Origin: Mytilus edulis
Lineage: Eukaryota
Length of the DNA: 64,000 nucleotides
Assembly: GCF_963676685.1 (NCBI RefSeq)
Contig: NC_092350.1
Span: 61,318,001 to 61,382,000 of the forward strand
Direction of reading: 5' to 3'
This document shows positions 50,751 through 63,496 of this stretch, piece after piece; within the stretch, counting starts at the first letter, position 1, and the number at the start of each line of letters is the position of its first letter. Position numbers and translations under genes: made by a program. The notes beneath the pieces were generated by a model. It did no database searches. It was not told where the DNA came from and was given only the letters and a program-made list of their open reading frames with translations.

Positions 50751-51959
50751 GAATGTGGAAATTAACTTAAAGACGTTAGATTTTGAAACCGTTAATGATA
50801 TCAGATCTAAGATGACATCGGTTTCTTTTCGGACATTTCAAATTAGCAGTTACAGGTCTAAACATAACTATTAGTAGAAATTACTATGAATATATACTTT
50901 TAGACTTTACAGTATACTAAATAAAAGAAAATGTTTTGAAAAAATGATGCAACAACATTTCAAGCAAAACAATACTAACAGCCATTTTGATCAACCGAAT
51001 ATTAAAAAGGAATATGATGTCCAACGGAACTTCATATTTAATATTTTGCTTTTAATATTTTTGTTCGTCAACGAAATTTAATTAATTCTATTCAAATTAT
51101 TAATTAGTAAATATGGCACACCATGTAAGTCGGGACCGGCAGGTTTCTGGTTCTCTACAATCCCAAAACCACCACCAAATGATAAGTAACGCAACAGGTA
51201 TATATGTGGAGTAGAAAATTTTTTACCCTTTCGAAGCACTTGATTAAAGTCCTGTTTGTTTTTTTACCTCTTAAGTCATTTGTTTTATATTACAAATTAG
51301 AATCACGGTATTGTTGTCAAGAGACAAATTTCCATCAGATACCAAATAAAGAAGAAACCAGCTTATATACATCATGGTAGGGAAATCATTAAACAAAAAA
51401 CGAATATGATATGCAGCAACAAACGGAAACCAATGAATTAATGGCTGACTTGAGATGAGCACATAAAGAATGTGGATGAACCAAACATGGGAACAACTAT
51501 AAAAACTTCTCTGCTTGATAAAAACCATAAGAATAACTACCAAAACAAACACCAAAGACTCAAGGTGCTGAGTACCGCAGTTATTGCAAACTAGCTCGAA
51601 GCAAAAATTACCATACGCCTCGACAAAAGTTAAGCAACACCAGATAATTTTCCAGTATCGTTTTTTAATGAATTCATAACTAATCGAAGTATCTATTTAG
51701 TGAACTGAATTTGTGTTTTAGATAACACATAGAATATTAATGATCGAATGTTGGACTATTTATTTTTTGGCAAATGGTTGTAAAATAACAAACTAAAATA
51801 CAAGATACAGTTTCAATGTATACTGAAGTTTTTGAAAAGTGTGCTCTGAACTATACACAAAGTTCCTTCAAAAACTCGAGAGTGACAATTTGGAAATACA
51901 TCAAAGTACAATTTAGGTCAGTAGTGTATCCTCTACTTTTCTTGAAAAATTCATCCACA

Positions 51960-52340
51960 CATCATAATTGTCCATGAATATTGGTATAGTTGAAAGATTG
52001 TGATTGTCAAAAATATTCCGGATGTCGTTTTTGCGATATTTGTGACCCATCATAGTCCCATCAAGGACATAAAGGTCCATTTGAATGAAAAATATCCACA
52101 AACTGTCAACCCCTAAACACCAAACCAAGGATGGGATGTTTCCTATATTCTGTATATGGAGGACGCCATTCGAGCATGCGTCCATCAATATGATGTAGGA
52201 GGAATCTGCACTCGTTAGACCAATGGACTCGAATCCATTATATCAAAGTCCAATTTCGGTGACTACGTGACCAATGATGTCCAGCTTGACTATGCCTACG
52301 AGTCAACAATGGTCCTTTGACTGGTATACGAGCACGTAAA
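51960..52340 (-). mobile_element. Tc1-like transposase fragment (decayed)
   Basis: RARIPVKGPLLTRRH...WSRSHRNWTLI*WIRVHWSNECRFLLHHIDGRMLEWR (the WSDE motif decayed to WSNE), then DLYVLDGT...IFMDN. Confidence 0.82.
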
Positions 52341-52525
52341 TTTGAACAATTAAGTACACAGTTAACAGTTACATTTTATTGCACGAAACAAAAATATTTA
52401 GGTATTGCTTAACTTTTGACGAGCTGTATAATATAAAAATCATATATATAGATGTGTGTTTTGAAAATTTCTGTCTTATGAACATCTCTATACATAATGT
52501 ATATGTACACATTTATTTAGACCAT

Positions 52526-52623
52526 CTAAGCGTTATTGATGATCCATGTCAAATAGTTATATACATCTACATACACACTTGGTAAGCTTTGTCCAGCGCA
52601 TCCATATGCCCAGCTTGATATTC
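52526..52623 (-). CDS. Serine protease B, last exon (GISSWAYGCAGQSLPSVYVDVYNYLTWIINNA*)
   Basis: Typical S1A C-terminus (SW.YGC...P.VY...Y..WI); TAG at 52528-52526; minus-strand AATAAA at 52517-52512. Confidence 0.93.
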
Positions 52624-53214
52624 CTAAAAACATATACATTGTTAACATGTATAAACTACAATTTTACAGATTGTCGTTGAAGAGAAGCATATGTAATTTC
52701 ATAATGAATACCAAAAATATACCTGTAATTTCATTTTCATTCAAAATATAAGAAAATATAGGAGTTGCTGGGAAAAATTAAAGGCATATCATAGGGAAAT
52801 AGCAAATTGGTTTCAAATAAGCCCGAATAACAATTATTTCGCGAAGCATTTCTTTTCGACAATAAATGAAAACAACGGTAAACTTTGCTTGTGAATATCT
52901 GTGTCATTTTGGTCTGTTATGGAGTGTTGTCTCATTCGCAGTCATACCATATCTTCCTTTTTATATATAAATAAACCCTGATTTTTATCAATAACACATA
53001 ACTCCCGGTTTTTAGTTCAGTTCGTGTTGTTTCTTATTTATTATTTATAGCTGTTGATGTAAATGTCCTTTGGATTTTTTAGTCTTTGTTTACACCTGGT
53101 TTTGATTGTTATTGTATATTTGCAGTGTATTGTACTACTTTTAAGACAAAGGATATCAACGTCATAGAAAGTCTTCCAGCTTAAATTATGGATAACTGAT
53201 TTATAGGATGTATA

Positions 53215-53345
53215 TAGTTATCAAAGGTACCAAGCTTATAATATGCTACTCCAGACGCGCGTTTGTCTACATAAGACTCTTCAGTGACGCTCATTCAGAT
53301 AAAAAAAAGTTAAAAAGCCAAACAAGTATAAAGTTGAGGAGCATT
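53215..53345 (-). mobile_element. Retrozyme fragment with an inactivated hammerhead (G of the GAAA box deleted)
   Basis: GCGTTTGTC instead of GCGTTTCGTC; otherwise matches 13255-13385. Confidence 0.8.
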
Positions 53346-53848
53346 ATAACCTCGTTGACACACTATTTTATGGCCCATTTTAACAGGACCAACTTATAAG
53401 GTTAACATAACTTTAAAAACCATGTCCCAATTATTTTTTTTAAATGTACACCACCCTCCCTTTTTTTTACTATTTTATGAATAAGATATAAATAAAACCG
53501 TGTTGGTAGCTTTAAAAAAAAACCTGACAAGCTGTACATTGTGCTAACTGGGAAATAACCTCAGTTTAAATCTGTCAAACAGACAGTTTTAAATATTGTG
53601 CTTATAATTTGGTAGCAAGGCGAACGTATCCTATACGTATGATTCATTATTGCCGTTGTAATCAAATTTATTGGAAGGCCAAGTTGAAAAGTAATGGACT
53701 CAAAATCAAAAAATAATGTCAAATATTGCCAAGGACAAGTAATTATGGGGGTCGAAAAACTAAATCAAATAAGATAAAAATAAAAATCGAGAAAAAAAAT
53801 TAATGCAAAATGCTTGATACATCAGCAAAAAATATTAAGGGTTTAACA

Positions 53849-54065
53849 TTTAAGGTGGTACCTAACACTTTAGCTAAAATTAATTTGGCTCGTTTAATTT
53901 TCTTAAAATTTTGACAAAGTATTTACTTTGAACCTTTGACAAAAATATAAAATTTTCAAAAAAATTGAACCAACTGTTTAATCAGAAAAATTACACTGGT
54001 TATATAGCAGTTTGACAAACACTTATTTTGATCATTGACAAGCTTAATATTCCCTTATGAACACA
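53849..54065. mobile_element. MITE-like fragment starting TTAAGGTGGTACCTAACAC
   Basis: TTAA followed by a purine-purine terminus and a repeat-like body; the other end is not evident. Confidence 0.4.
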
Positions 54066-54656
54066 ACGTCATTACAACGTTCTGCGTTATTACGTGTTCA
54101 ATTTACGTGAAAGAAATTCATTATATTTTAGATACATCCAGTCTTGCCAGAGAACCATTTGAAAATAAAAAAAAAAACAGGTAAAGTTAATTCAATACAT
54201 TATTTTGCTAGTTTTAAAATATCTTTGGAATTTAAAGCAGAGCAGAAAATTTGTTCTAGATACTTTAGGACTGAAACTTTTACAGAGAACAAACATATTC
54301 TGAATGATCTAAACTAGTTAATTTCTAGGATAGAACTTCTTTCTACAGTTTTAAAACAGATTATTCGCAGAGTTTTGAAGAGATGATAGTGATAATCCAA
54401 ACTGTTCACTATGGGCAATATTACATTATATGATATTTGCGACTAGTTATACAGGAAAATGACAAAACTTAAACGGAGGTAAAACACTTAATTCAATCAG
54501 AAAAGTACTAGAATGAGTTTGCTGTGTCGCCTGTATATATATATATATTGGATTCACATGACAATAGGATATTTCAAAGCTGTTGCCCCGGCCGTGTATG
54601 TAATATTGAAATTGTGTTCCTTTCTATGTTAAATTATGCTCTAAAATTAAATATAC

Positions 54657-54714
54657 CTATAAGATCCCACAATCCATTACGATTCAAACAAGCAAATGGT
54701 CCACCACTATCTCC
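54657..54714 (-). CDS. Serine protease B, exon 6 (GDSGGPFAC)
   Basis: GDSGGPFACLNRNGLWDLIG, 58 nt, AG/GT. Confidence 0.95.
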
Positions 54715-56351
54715 CTGTACAAAATAGAATTCATAGTCGACTAAAACATTTTCTACTTTTACATGTTTTATTCATATGGAAACACATAGACATGATGACA
54801 AAGACATACCGGTATTTGTTAGAGTTCGAAATAAAGCCTTAACAACAACGCACTTGAATATTGACAGTAAATAAGATTACTAAACCAACAAAAACATTAT
54901 CTTCTAACACAGAACGTTGACATTTATTTACCGTCTTTCCTGAGACATTGTATGCTGAATAGTACATGCAGATTATAGAATTGTCTAATGATAGTTGTAG
55001 ATCCGTATCTCTCTTGTTTTTTTTTCTCTTTCTTATTAGTCAATTATCATATAATATCAATCGATTATCAACGTAACGATATATCATATGATTCATGTGA
55101 TTGCTTGCGTATCTAAGTATAAAAATCATCTGATAAGTGAACCTTGAAACAATTCAATAAAAAAGAAAAACAACGGCCTACGACATGTAAAATAACAATG
55201 AGAAAATGAATGCACTAAACTAAAAAAACCCATTAAACATGTTAAATGCCAGGTTCAATATCACTGGCACAGAAATAATGTTGATGAATTTAAATTACCC
55301 AAAACTACTGGTTTTTGCACAGTAGTATAACAGTATCATACATAAACAGTAAAAATCAAATGAAAATGGCCTAACTCATATTGCTTCTTGTAAAAAAATA
55401 AAGATCTACGAGAAGTCATAGTAACTGAAATCAAATTAATGACAAACGGCAAAAAAAAAAAACGAAGAATGACCAACATACAAACGTATACAAAACACAA
55501 TTTTTTTTTTAAATACTGAATAATTGGAATCACGCCAAAAAACAGGGTGTATTTTATGGTTCACTTGATTGATTATCAGATCCTTTTCCAGACGTGGCAC
55601 CTGTTGAGTTCTCACAAACCCGGTAATAAGTCTAATACGGTATTATACGGTATGGCACACTCCAAGAAATGAGGATTGTATTACGGTTACGACAATTGTA
55701 ACATCTCCACTGTCGTCTATGAAATAAATATTCCATAACGGTCTACCAACTCTCGATGGCGTTTATAATATTTTCGAAGGGTTGATTTGAACTTCATCCT
55801 TTAGAAATCTAGGTGCTCACGCAAGCTAAAACGGGACCTGCTTTTATCCGAAGGTTTTGTTGGGCTCGTTTTGTTCAGTTTCTATGTAATGTTAAAAGCC
55901 GTACCTTAATCTGTAATTGTTTACTTTTATAAATTGTTATTTGGATGGAGAGTTGTCGCATTGACACTCATACCACATGTTCCTATACCTATGCTGTCTG
56001 ATTGTCTTTTCTCTTCTGTTTGCCATGACATTTTCAGTTTATTTTAGACTAATAAGTTTAAGTGTCCCTTTTGCTTCTTTCGCTTCGTTTTATAATTGGA
56101 AAGCTGATTATCTTTTATCAAATAAACCTAGCATATATTCAGTGAAGACACGACCATAGTGAAATCACGGCCACAATGAAGAGTGTTTGATTGAATAACA
56201 CTATAATAAGATATCCAATGATTATCGATGTTCAAATATAAAGAAAAAAATCAATATGGAGCTAAAACGTGTCGTTAATTTCAGCATAGAGATTCCAGTG
56301 TATTCCTTTTCACCTTAGCAAATATTGCAAATCTATGAAGTGTATTAATAC

Positions 56352-56491
56352 CTGGCAAAAGTCATTTGCAGCAGCAGCCCCAGCACATAACATTGTGCTT
56401 GGATTGTAAGCAGTACCAAAGTAACTTGAACAGTCGGCATCTGTTAGTACGGGTTTGTATACTTCTTGAAGTCTATCAGATGTAGAACCAC
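56352..56491 (-). CDS. Serine protease B, exon 5 (MLCAGAAAANDFCQ)
   Basis: Paralog of 1000-1142, one codon shorter (140 nt), AG/GT boundaries. Confidence 0.93.
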
Positions 56492-59400
56492 CTAAAATAA
56501 GTAATGTAAATCAATAAAATGCAAATAAGTTTAAGGTTAACCGTTGACTTATCTTCATATATTCTTTATGATTATGATACTTGCTCGATTTTTCAATGTG
56601 TTTTTATCAATCCAAATTATTTCCAGATGTTCAAATCTTTAAGATGTTTGGGTTTTTTTTGGCAGCAAGACGATAACCTTGCTCTAGTTGATGTTGTCAA
56701 GTGTGTTCTAGTTTGTACTGAGCACAGAGGTATAAGATCCGCCCACATATTTGAATGACACTATTTCAATTGTTCATATATTTGCAGCAAACGTGAAATA
56801 GATTGAATATTAGATAACATTCCTTTTTAAAGAAGTTTTCTTTATACTTCTTTATTCTTATAATTCACACTAAAACGCTCGATTGAATCGAAATTCTAAA
56901 AGAAAACAATTACTAAGGTTCATAGAATGTCAACAGGAACAAAAACGTGTTTCACTTTTGTTTCTTTTCTGATATATGTAGTTTTTTTATTTTATTTACA
57001 TGAAGTCATAACGTTTTTTTAATTGTTTTGGTTAATTGAAAATGTAAAAGACAACGGCTTGACTGATGTCAGATTCACAAAAACAAAGAATTATGTAAAT
57101 CAAATAAAGTTAATTAATCTAAATCATTTAAATGGATGGACAAAAAGATATATGGAACCATCCGGACCTGAAGGTCCATATTGTATTCGAAATAAAATCA
57201 AACGGTAAACACATTTGCTGCACCAAATGAGTAACTGGACAATACGTTTCTCTTCAGTCATACTCGAGACCAGATAATTTTAAAATCCAGTAACTAATAC
57301 AAACGTTTAAGGACATTCGGGATAACAGTTCAAATGTCAATTGCATATTAGTAATTGCTATTACTGCATCTGGTGTTAAAATGACAACCGTTTTAAACCA
57401 ATTTAATCAGAATGTTAAAAAAGAAAATTGTTCTGGAATTCATCGACAGAAAACTCTAGTTTTTAAAGGACAAGGTATGATAAGGGCCGTTTCTGGCCCC
57501 CCTTTTTCGAGAATTTTTAAACTTTAAAGTTGAAACCCATCACGCCTGTGTAATGAACTGCAGTATCTGATCGTCCATGTAGAATCTTATTTTAAGGTGT
57601 TGTGTACTCAAATATGTTCAAACTGAGACCTTGAAAAGCCCTAAACGACGAAAAGTGTAAAAATTCAACAATTTCGTCATGTTCGGAGACAAAATTTTAC
57701 ATCAGCGCCAACGTAGACCATCTTGAAATTTTCAACCAACAACTGTACTCTTATGTATCTTTCACATAATAAAATATCATGGTGGTCTACGTTGGCGCTC
57801 ATGTCTAAAAATTTGAAAAATAATCCGATTGTTTACATATTTTGACAAGTCATTATAATACGTCACAGTGAACGGCACGGGCACGAAATCATTCCGGGAT
57901 CCATAAATGATCAGAATATCACGTACGGATTGTTTTATGTCATATCCAGTCATCAAGACATGTCACTTTCTTTAAGAAATATGTTGTACGTGAAATTAGA
58001 CCAATAATGATCAAAATAGTCTAACACTGTGCAGCCAAATACAGAGTTGTGTCCCTTGAAATATGGTGAATTAATTTGTATTCATTATAATTTTCAAATA
58101 TTCAACGAAATCTCACAAATGAATTTTATAATAAATTCTCAATATATTCAAACTCTTTTTGTAGTTCTGAAGAAAATCATTTCATCAAAACGTATATATT
58201 TTGCACTTTGAAATTTTCTATTTAACCATCTACAAAAAAATAGATTATGTATCATATCAATTTCGTGCACAATTTTGTTGCCGGAAGGTTTAGGACTTCA
58301 CCAGTGCAAGGTCTATAATTTAATAGTTATTTGAACAGACTGAATAAGAATAGAAAAATCACTTGTACATGTATCATATATTACTTGCATAAATATAAAT
58401 TGGATAAGACACATGGCAAACAAACTTATGAAGTATGTGCAAAAAAGACACATGTATTTTGTGTGTCTTGAGTTCTATGTAAGTGACAAAATTTCATGCC
58501 AAACCTATACCGATTCCTGGAGTGCACTGGTACTTCTTACCTAGCTGTTTAATGTACATGTACACTATGTCCTCTTAATACTATTTCACATTCCCCCCCT
58601 CCCCTTACAGAACAAAATGTCGAGCACGTTCGTTTATTTAGACATGTTAGATCAGTTCGTCCATCCATCCGTCCGTTCGTCTGTTTCTGTCTGGACATAT
58701 ACGTCTAGCTATCTCCTTCAGTTTTTTTTTACCTAAAAAGCTTTTTATTTATAATAGAGGTGTGTACATGTATGTCTACATGGTTTTGATTTTTTTATAA
58801 AATTTTCTTTAAAATATCCGGTATAGTTGGTACAACCTATAAATATAAAGAGTCGGTTATCATCCTACAGTTTTTGAGATACAGCTTTAACACCTAATAG
58901 GTTTACTGTACACATAATTGAAGCATGTATTGCCATCGGATTTCTATTATTCTAAAAATATTCTAAAAATGTCAGATTTTTGGACTTAGTCAATATTTCT
59001 TGCTACTTCAAAAACAGTTAGGGTAGTTGTTGAATATTCACAAAAAAATGGCAGTTGAACTTGTTTTCCCTCTCACTTGCTATTGTAGGCACAACTTGCA
59101 CTACTAGTATTACAGTTTTATATCCCTAATACAATAAATAAGATTTTTTAGTTAACTTCAAATATTTATTCAATACCGCGAAGGTTGAACTTGGTGAATA
59201 CTACAGCCGATTTCATTGAGTGTGAAGTCAAAGGTAATATTTTTAGTTAGCTTGCTTGTTAGATGAATCATAAAGTCATTGTTAGGTCAGGTTAACTACC
59301 CTCCTTTAAGAATATACTAGTCCAGCAGATTACCAATCTATCTGGCTGATGGACTATGCTACTTCGAAAGGAAGGTAGAAAACCTTACATAATAATGACT

Positions 59401-59584
59401 TCACAGTTCAGCTAACAATCAAGCTTACCAAAGATTTTACCTTTGGCTTCACACTCAATGAAATCGGTTGTAAACCTTGAAAGTTGAAACCTTTTGGCTG
59501 GACATTCAGTCTTGCAAGTGAAGACATTCAGAATGAAAATAATAAAATAATAAATAGATCAACATTGAAAGGAGAAATTAAGGT

Positions 59585-59640
59585 TGAAGGCGGGGATCGA
59601 ACTCACAACATCAGTGTTGACTGGCTAGTGATTACAGAAG
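59585..59640 (-). mobile_element. tRNA-derived SINE head fragment
   Basis: Minus strand GTTGTGAGTTCGATCCCCGC is a Pol III B-box; there is no complete cloverleaf. Confidence 0.5.
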
Positions 59641-59865
59641 TACACATGTTCCCTATGATACGATATTTCTAATTTTAATGCCAAATTAGAGATGTTGCCC
59701 CATTTTCACGGTAAACTATACTGGGGACACATTTTTGTTTATTTTACCTATTAACTTGTTAATGTTTATACTTACTAATTATTATGTCACAATATGATTT
59801 GTATTTATCCTTTTTTTTTTAATAAACCGACCATTTCTTTGATAGCTATCTTTTATTTAATACTA

Positions 59866-60325
59866 AAATTGAGAATGAAATGGGGAATGTGTCAAAGAGA
59901 CAACAACCGAAGGCCACCAATGGGTCTTCAATGCTGCGAGAAACTTCGCATCCTGGGGTATCTTTCAGCTGGCACCCAAAGAAATATAAAATTGAGAATG
60001 GAAATGGGGAATGTGTCAAAGAGACAACAACCCGACCAAATAAAAAACAACAGCAGAGGGTCACCAACAGGTCTTCAATGTAGCGAGAAATTCCCGCACC
60101 CGGAGGCGTCCTTCAGCTGGCCCCTAAACAAATATATACTAGTCCAATGATAATGAACGTAATGTATACTAGTTCACTAATAATTGACGTCATACTAAAC
60201 TCCAAATTATACTCAAGAAGCTAAAATTGAAAATCATACAACACTTAAAAAGGTCAGAGTCTCCTGACTTGGGACATGCGCAAAAATGCGGCGGGGTTAA
60301 ACATTTTTTTTTGGAGATCTCAACC
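59866..60325 (+). repeat. Abundant dispersed repeat (AAAATTGAGAATGGAAATGGGGAATGTGTCAAAGAGAC head) with a tandemly duplicated head; other copies at 10877-11125, 32665-32820 and 36586-36670
   Basis: Direct sequence similarity among four loci in the window. Confidence 0.85.
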
Positions 60326-62737
60326 CTGTTTTTGGTAACAGCATATGATTTAATATTTACATCATCAAGATATAATAATAATGCCAAAAACCTACTTCGG
60401 TTTACAAAACAAAACAAAACATTATTTAACCGTTGCTAAGCACTATTTTGGTTGCTAATCTTTTTATCAGCATGATATACAATTGACTTGCTTTCATTTC
60501 TTACTGCTAGTTATTCTTGCATGTATTAATCTAACTAAACTGATTTTACTCTAATTTGTACAATTAAAATCAAAAGGTTTTTTTTTCTAGTTCAATTTAA
60601 TTTCTATCTTTTTTGGCTGTTGCTAAGCAACTTTTAGGTTGCTATGGTCAATTTCATTTTCTTGAAAAAAAATAATGATGACTCAGACATCATATATATA
60701 AAGAAAATCATATACAGTAGCTAAATCTTTAAATATTGCTATATCTATACCTTATATGGCCAAAATTACAAATTTTGAACCGTTGCTAGGCAAAAATGTT
60801 GTTGCTAGGTTGTTGCTAAGCATTTTTTTAAACTGAAATTGAAGTGACTTTTCATTTGCAAACTCAAGTTAGTGTTAAACAAACAATATTATTTTGAATT
60901 ATGCTAATGTGTAATGAGAAAGCAATGCATATGTGATAATTTGGCTATTTAATTAAACCGTTGCTAGGCAACCTTCCTTTCACCGGAACATAAAAAAATC
61001 ATATTTTTGAATAGTTTCTATACTAAGGCTATCAATGATGTATATATAAACTTATTTGGGAAGGGGGCCAAAAACGCCTCTTATCATATCTTGTCCTTTG
61101 TTTCAAACTTTTTCGGTTCCTTTATTATATTTATCTTTGTCACGAAATATCCACAGTAAGCATTTTTTAGTATTTACAGTTTTGTCTTATTCAGCGCCAT
61201 TTTATACCTTCCTACTTGAACAAAAATTAAGACTGATTTCGAATTGGTGAATGGGAACACAGCCATGCCTGGCCATAGTGATGTCACAAAGAACACTTTA
61301 TTTGTAACAGACCAAACAATTGTTAAAGAAACATATTCTTCCACTGTATTCGACGAAAACACAAACCTTAAGTTGAAACGAAGTGAGACTGAGAGATATT
61401 CTAGAAGTTATCAAAAAGTATGCACCATTTATTAGTTGTGATAGATCACAACGGCTATCGACCTAATTTGTTCTGGTTCAACAATGATTTTAATTTGCTC
61501 AATAAGATATTACCTTACAATATTTTGGTAAAAATGTTGTAATTGATAATTGAGTTGTATCATAATATAGGTTGTGGCTGATTTGGTAGAAAAAAACATT
61601 TCTTTATACATAATTTTTACTTTAGAAAAAAACCTAGTCAAACCTTTGAATTTGAATGCAGACATTGATGTTTTTTAATTGTTTTAGTGATTGGTCCCAA
61701 CCTTCAGTAAAATATATTCTTCTGAATCATTTAACCGTCCGGAATTAGTCCGTATACACAATTAACAAATTGAATTAAAAGCCTTAAGTTAACGGAAACC
61801 TGAAAATGATAACTCTTTCAAATTAGCAGAAGCACAACTTGATGTTTGTAGTATCAGTATATGGATAAACAACTTTAGAAGGATTTGAAAGCCCATAATA
61901 GATACATGTAATCTATTGCCAAAAATCCTTCAAAACTAGAACGTTCACAAATGAGGGGAAAATACAAACCCGTCACAAAACTCCTTGATAAATGAAACGG
62001 GAGCAAACTCTCATGCAGGAGAGATAGGTCAGGTGTTCCTGCATTTGTTTAACCTGAGAATTCTAAATTAAGATTTTGCTTGGAAATTGCAATGGTTGAA
62101 TGCATAGAAAAGGGATAATTCCCAAAAACGAATCCGTTATATGGGATGCACAGTTTGAATAAATATACTACTTCGGGTGAAGATCTTATATTTGAAAGAA
62201 TGCACAACCTATGTTCAATTTTTAATCCTGTCCAACCGAGAGACTATCAAGAATTCGTGTATTAAGTGCAAAAATGACAATTTGCATGTACTTGAGATAA
62301 AAAAAAGTTTTCCTTTGAGATAAATTTTCACCAACCCGTATCCTAATCGGTTCCAATAGTTAACATTTTTTGGATAAACTGTATAAAGAGAGAAAACTGG
62401 AGTTCAATGATGATATTGAAATACAAAATACAAATAACTATGCATCAGACCAAGCACTGAGTCATACTGACATTGAGATGAGTGTATTGTCTATCAAATC
62501 ACCAAGATGACTTCCGTTACCGGAATGATATAAATAAATACATTCCCTTAACTTTGCTATGAAGGATTTCGAGCTTATTTCAAGAATGATAGAGGAAGAT
62601 GATAGGTGCATGCGTACTATCATGTAACATAAAACATTTGTAAGTTTACGTGTTTAACTTTTCCAAAATATTATTTTATCAAATCGTTTACACAAATATT
62701 ACTATTCTTAACTGTGACCCACTAATATTCATTTTAC

Positions 62738-63009
62738 CTTCAGAGGTAGTACCCCATCCTGTCATGACACACAGTTGATGCCAGTAATCACGTGATGGAA
62801 CTGACGTCACACATATTGGACTGACATCATCGTTTTCTACAACTGTCTGTGTGATCTTCATGATTGCAATATCATTGTCAAAGATTCTTGAATTATATTG
62901 ATGGTGACTGATAATTGATTGAAAATTATACGATCTCTGGTTCTGCTCATTTGCAGATCTTGAATGTACTCCAGTATCGATGATCCAATCTCCTGGTCTG
63001 TTATCTGTC
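62738..63009 (-). CDS. Serine protease B, exon 4 (FDNDIAIMKI; TGWGTT)
   Basis: Core of ORF 62688..63116; 272 nt; AG/GT boundaries equivalent to gene A. Confidence 0.95.
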
Positions 63010-63392
63010 CTTTCAAACGAAAGCAATTTAAATATATCATTGCAATGTTTATATCTAACATCTGAGAACAAACATAATATTCTATTTTTTCTGGTCAGCT
63101 CGAATTCTACTGTCAAAAATTGATTGGCAGATGTTCTTTATTTGTTTCAGGCCGTGAAATGTGTTAACTTTGGTATAGAATGGAGAATGGTGTCATGGGA
63201 AGTGTAACATGTGTATATCGTGTAACTTAGAATGGTTTGTTTTACATTCGGATGAATAATGTATCGTGAGATAGTACCAATGATGTAGGCATATCAATTA
63301 TAAATTTGAATTGCATGAAAACGAATGAAAATTTTCCTATTAGATTTTTTTTCCTTTCACATAAACACATGTATTGCTCTTTGTCAACATAC

Positions 63393-63496
63393 CCATCACC
63401 ACAGTGAGCAGCCGTTAAAACTACAAGTTGGCCATCGTTATTTCTGATTAAGACACCTCCACAAGTCAGTGTACTTGTTCTGTACCTTAATATTAC
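63393..63496 (-). CDS. Serine protease B, exon 3 (TAAHC); exons 1-2 lie beyond the right edge
   Basis: Near-identical to 3356-3459 with the same splice sites; ends TAAHCGDG. Confidence 0.93.

Larger units (their letters stand above)
57467..61097. mobile_element. TIR-bounded non-autonomous DNA transposon (Kolobok-like ends) carrying nested insertions, in intron 4 of protease B
   Basis: TTAA-AGGACAAGGTATGATAAGGGCCGTTTCTGGCCCCC at the left is the near reverse complement of GGGGGCCAAAAACGCCTCTTATCATATCTTGTCCT at the right; internal CCGTTGCTA(A/G)G repeats at 60430-60970. Confidence 0.72.

Noticed and set aside
59585-59640. tRNA gene
   Set aside because: Only a B-box-like motif is present, with no acceptor stem or cloverleaf; better explained as a SINE head.
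481-61435. Most 60-120 aa ORFs in the track, including antisense and alternative-frame ORFs over the TRIM genes
   Set aside because: Low-complexity F/I/L/K-rich translations expected by chance in AT-rich DNA, or shadows of real genes and repeats; no motifs or splice support.
62688-63116. ORF-track protein as a stand-alone 142-aa gene (likewise 802..1044, 5237..5458, 8589..8783)
   Set aside because: These are single protease exons read through into flanking intron sequence.
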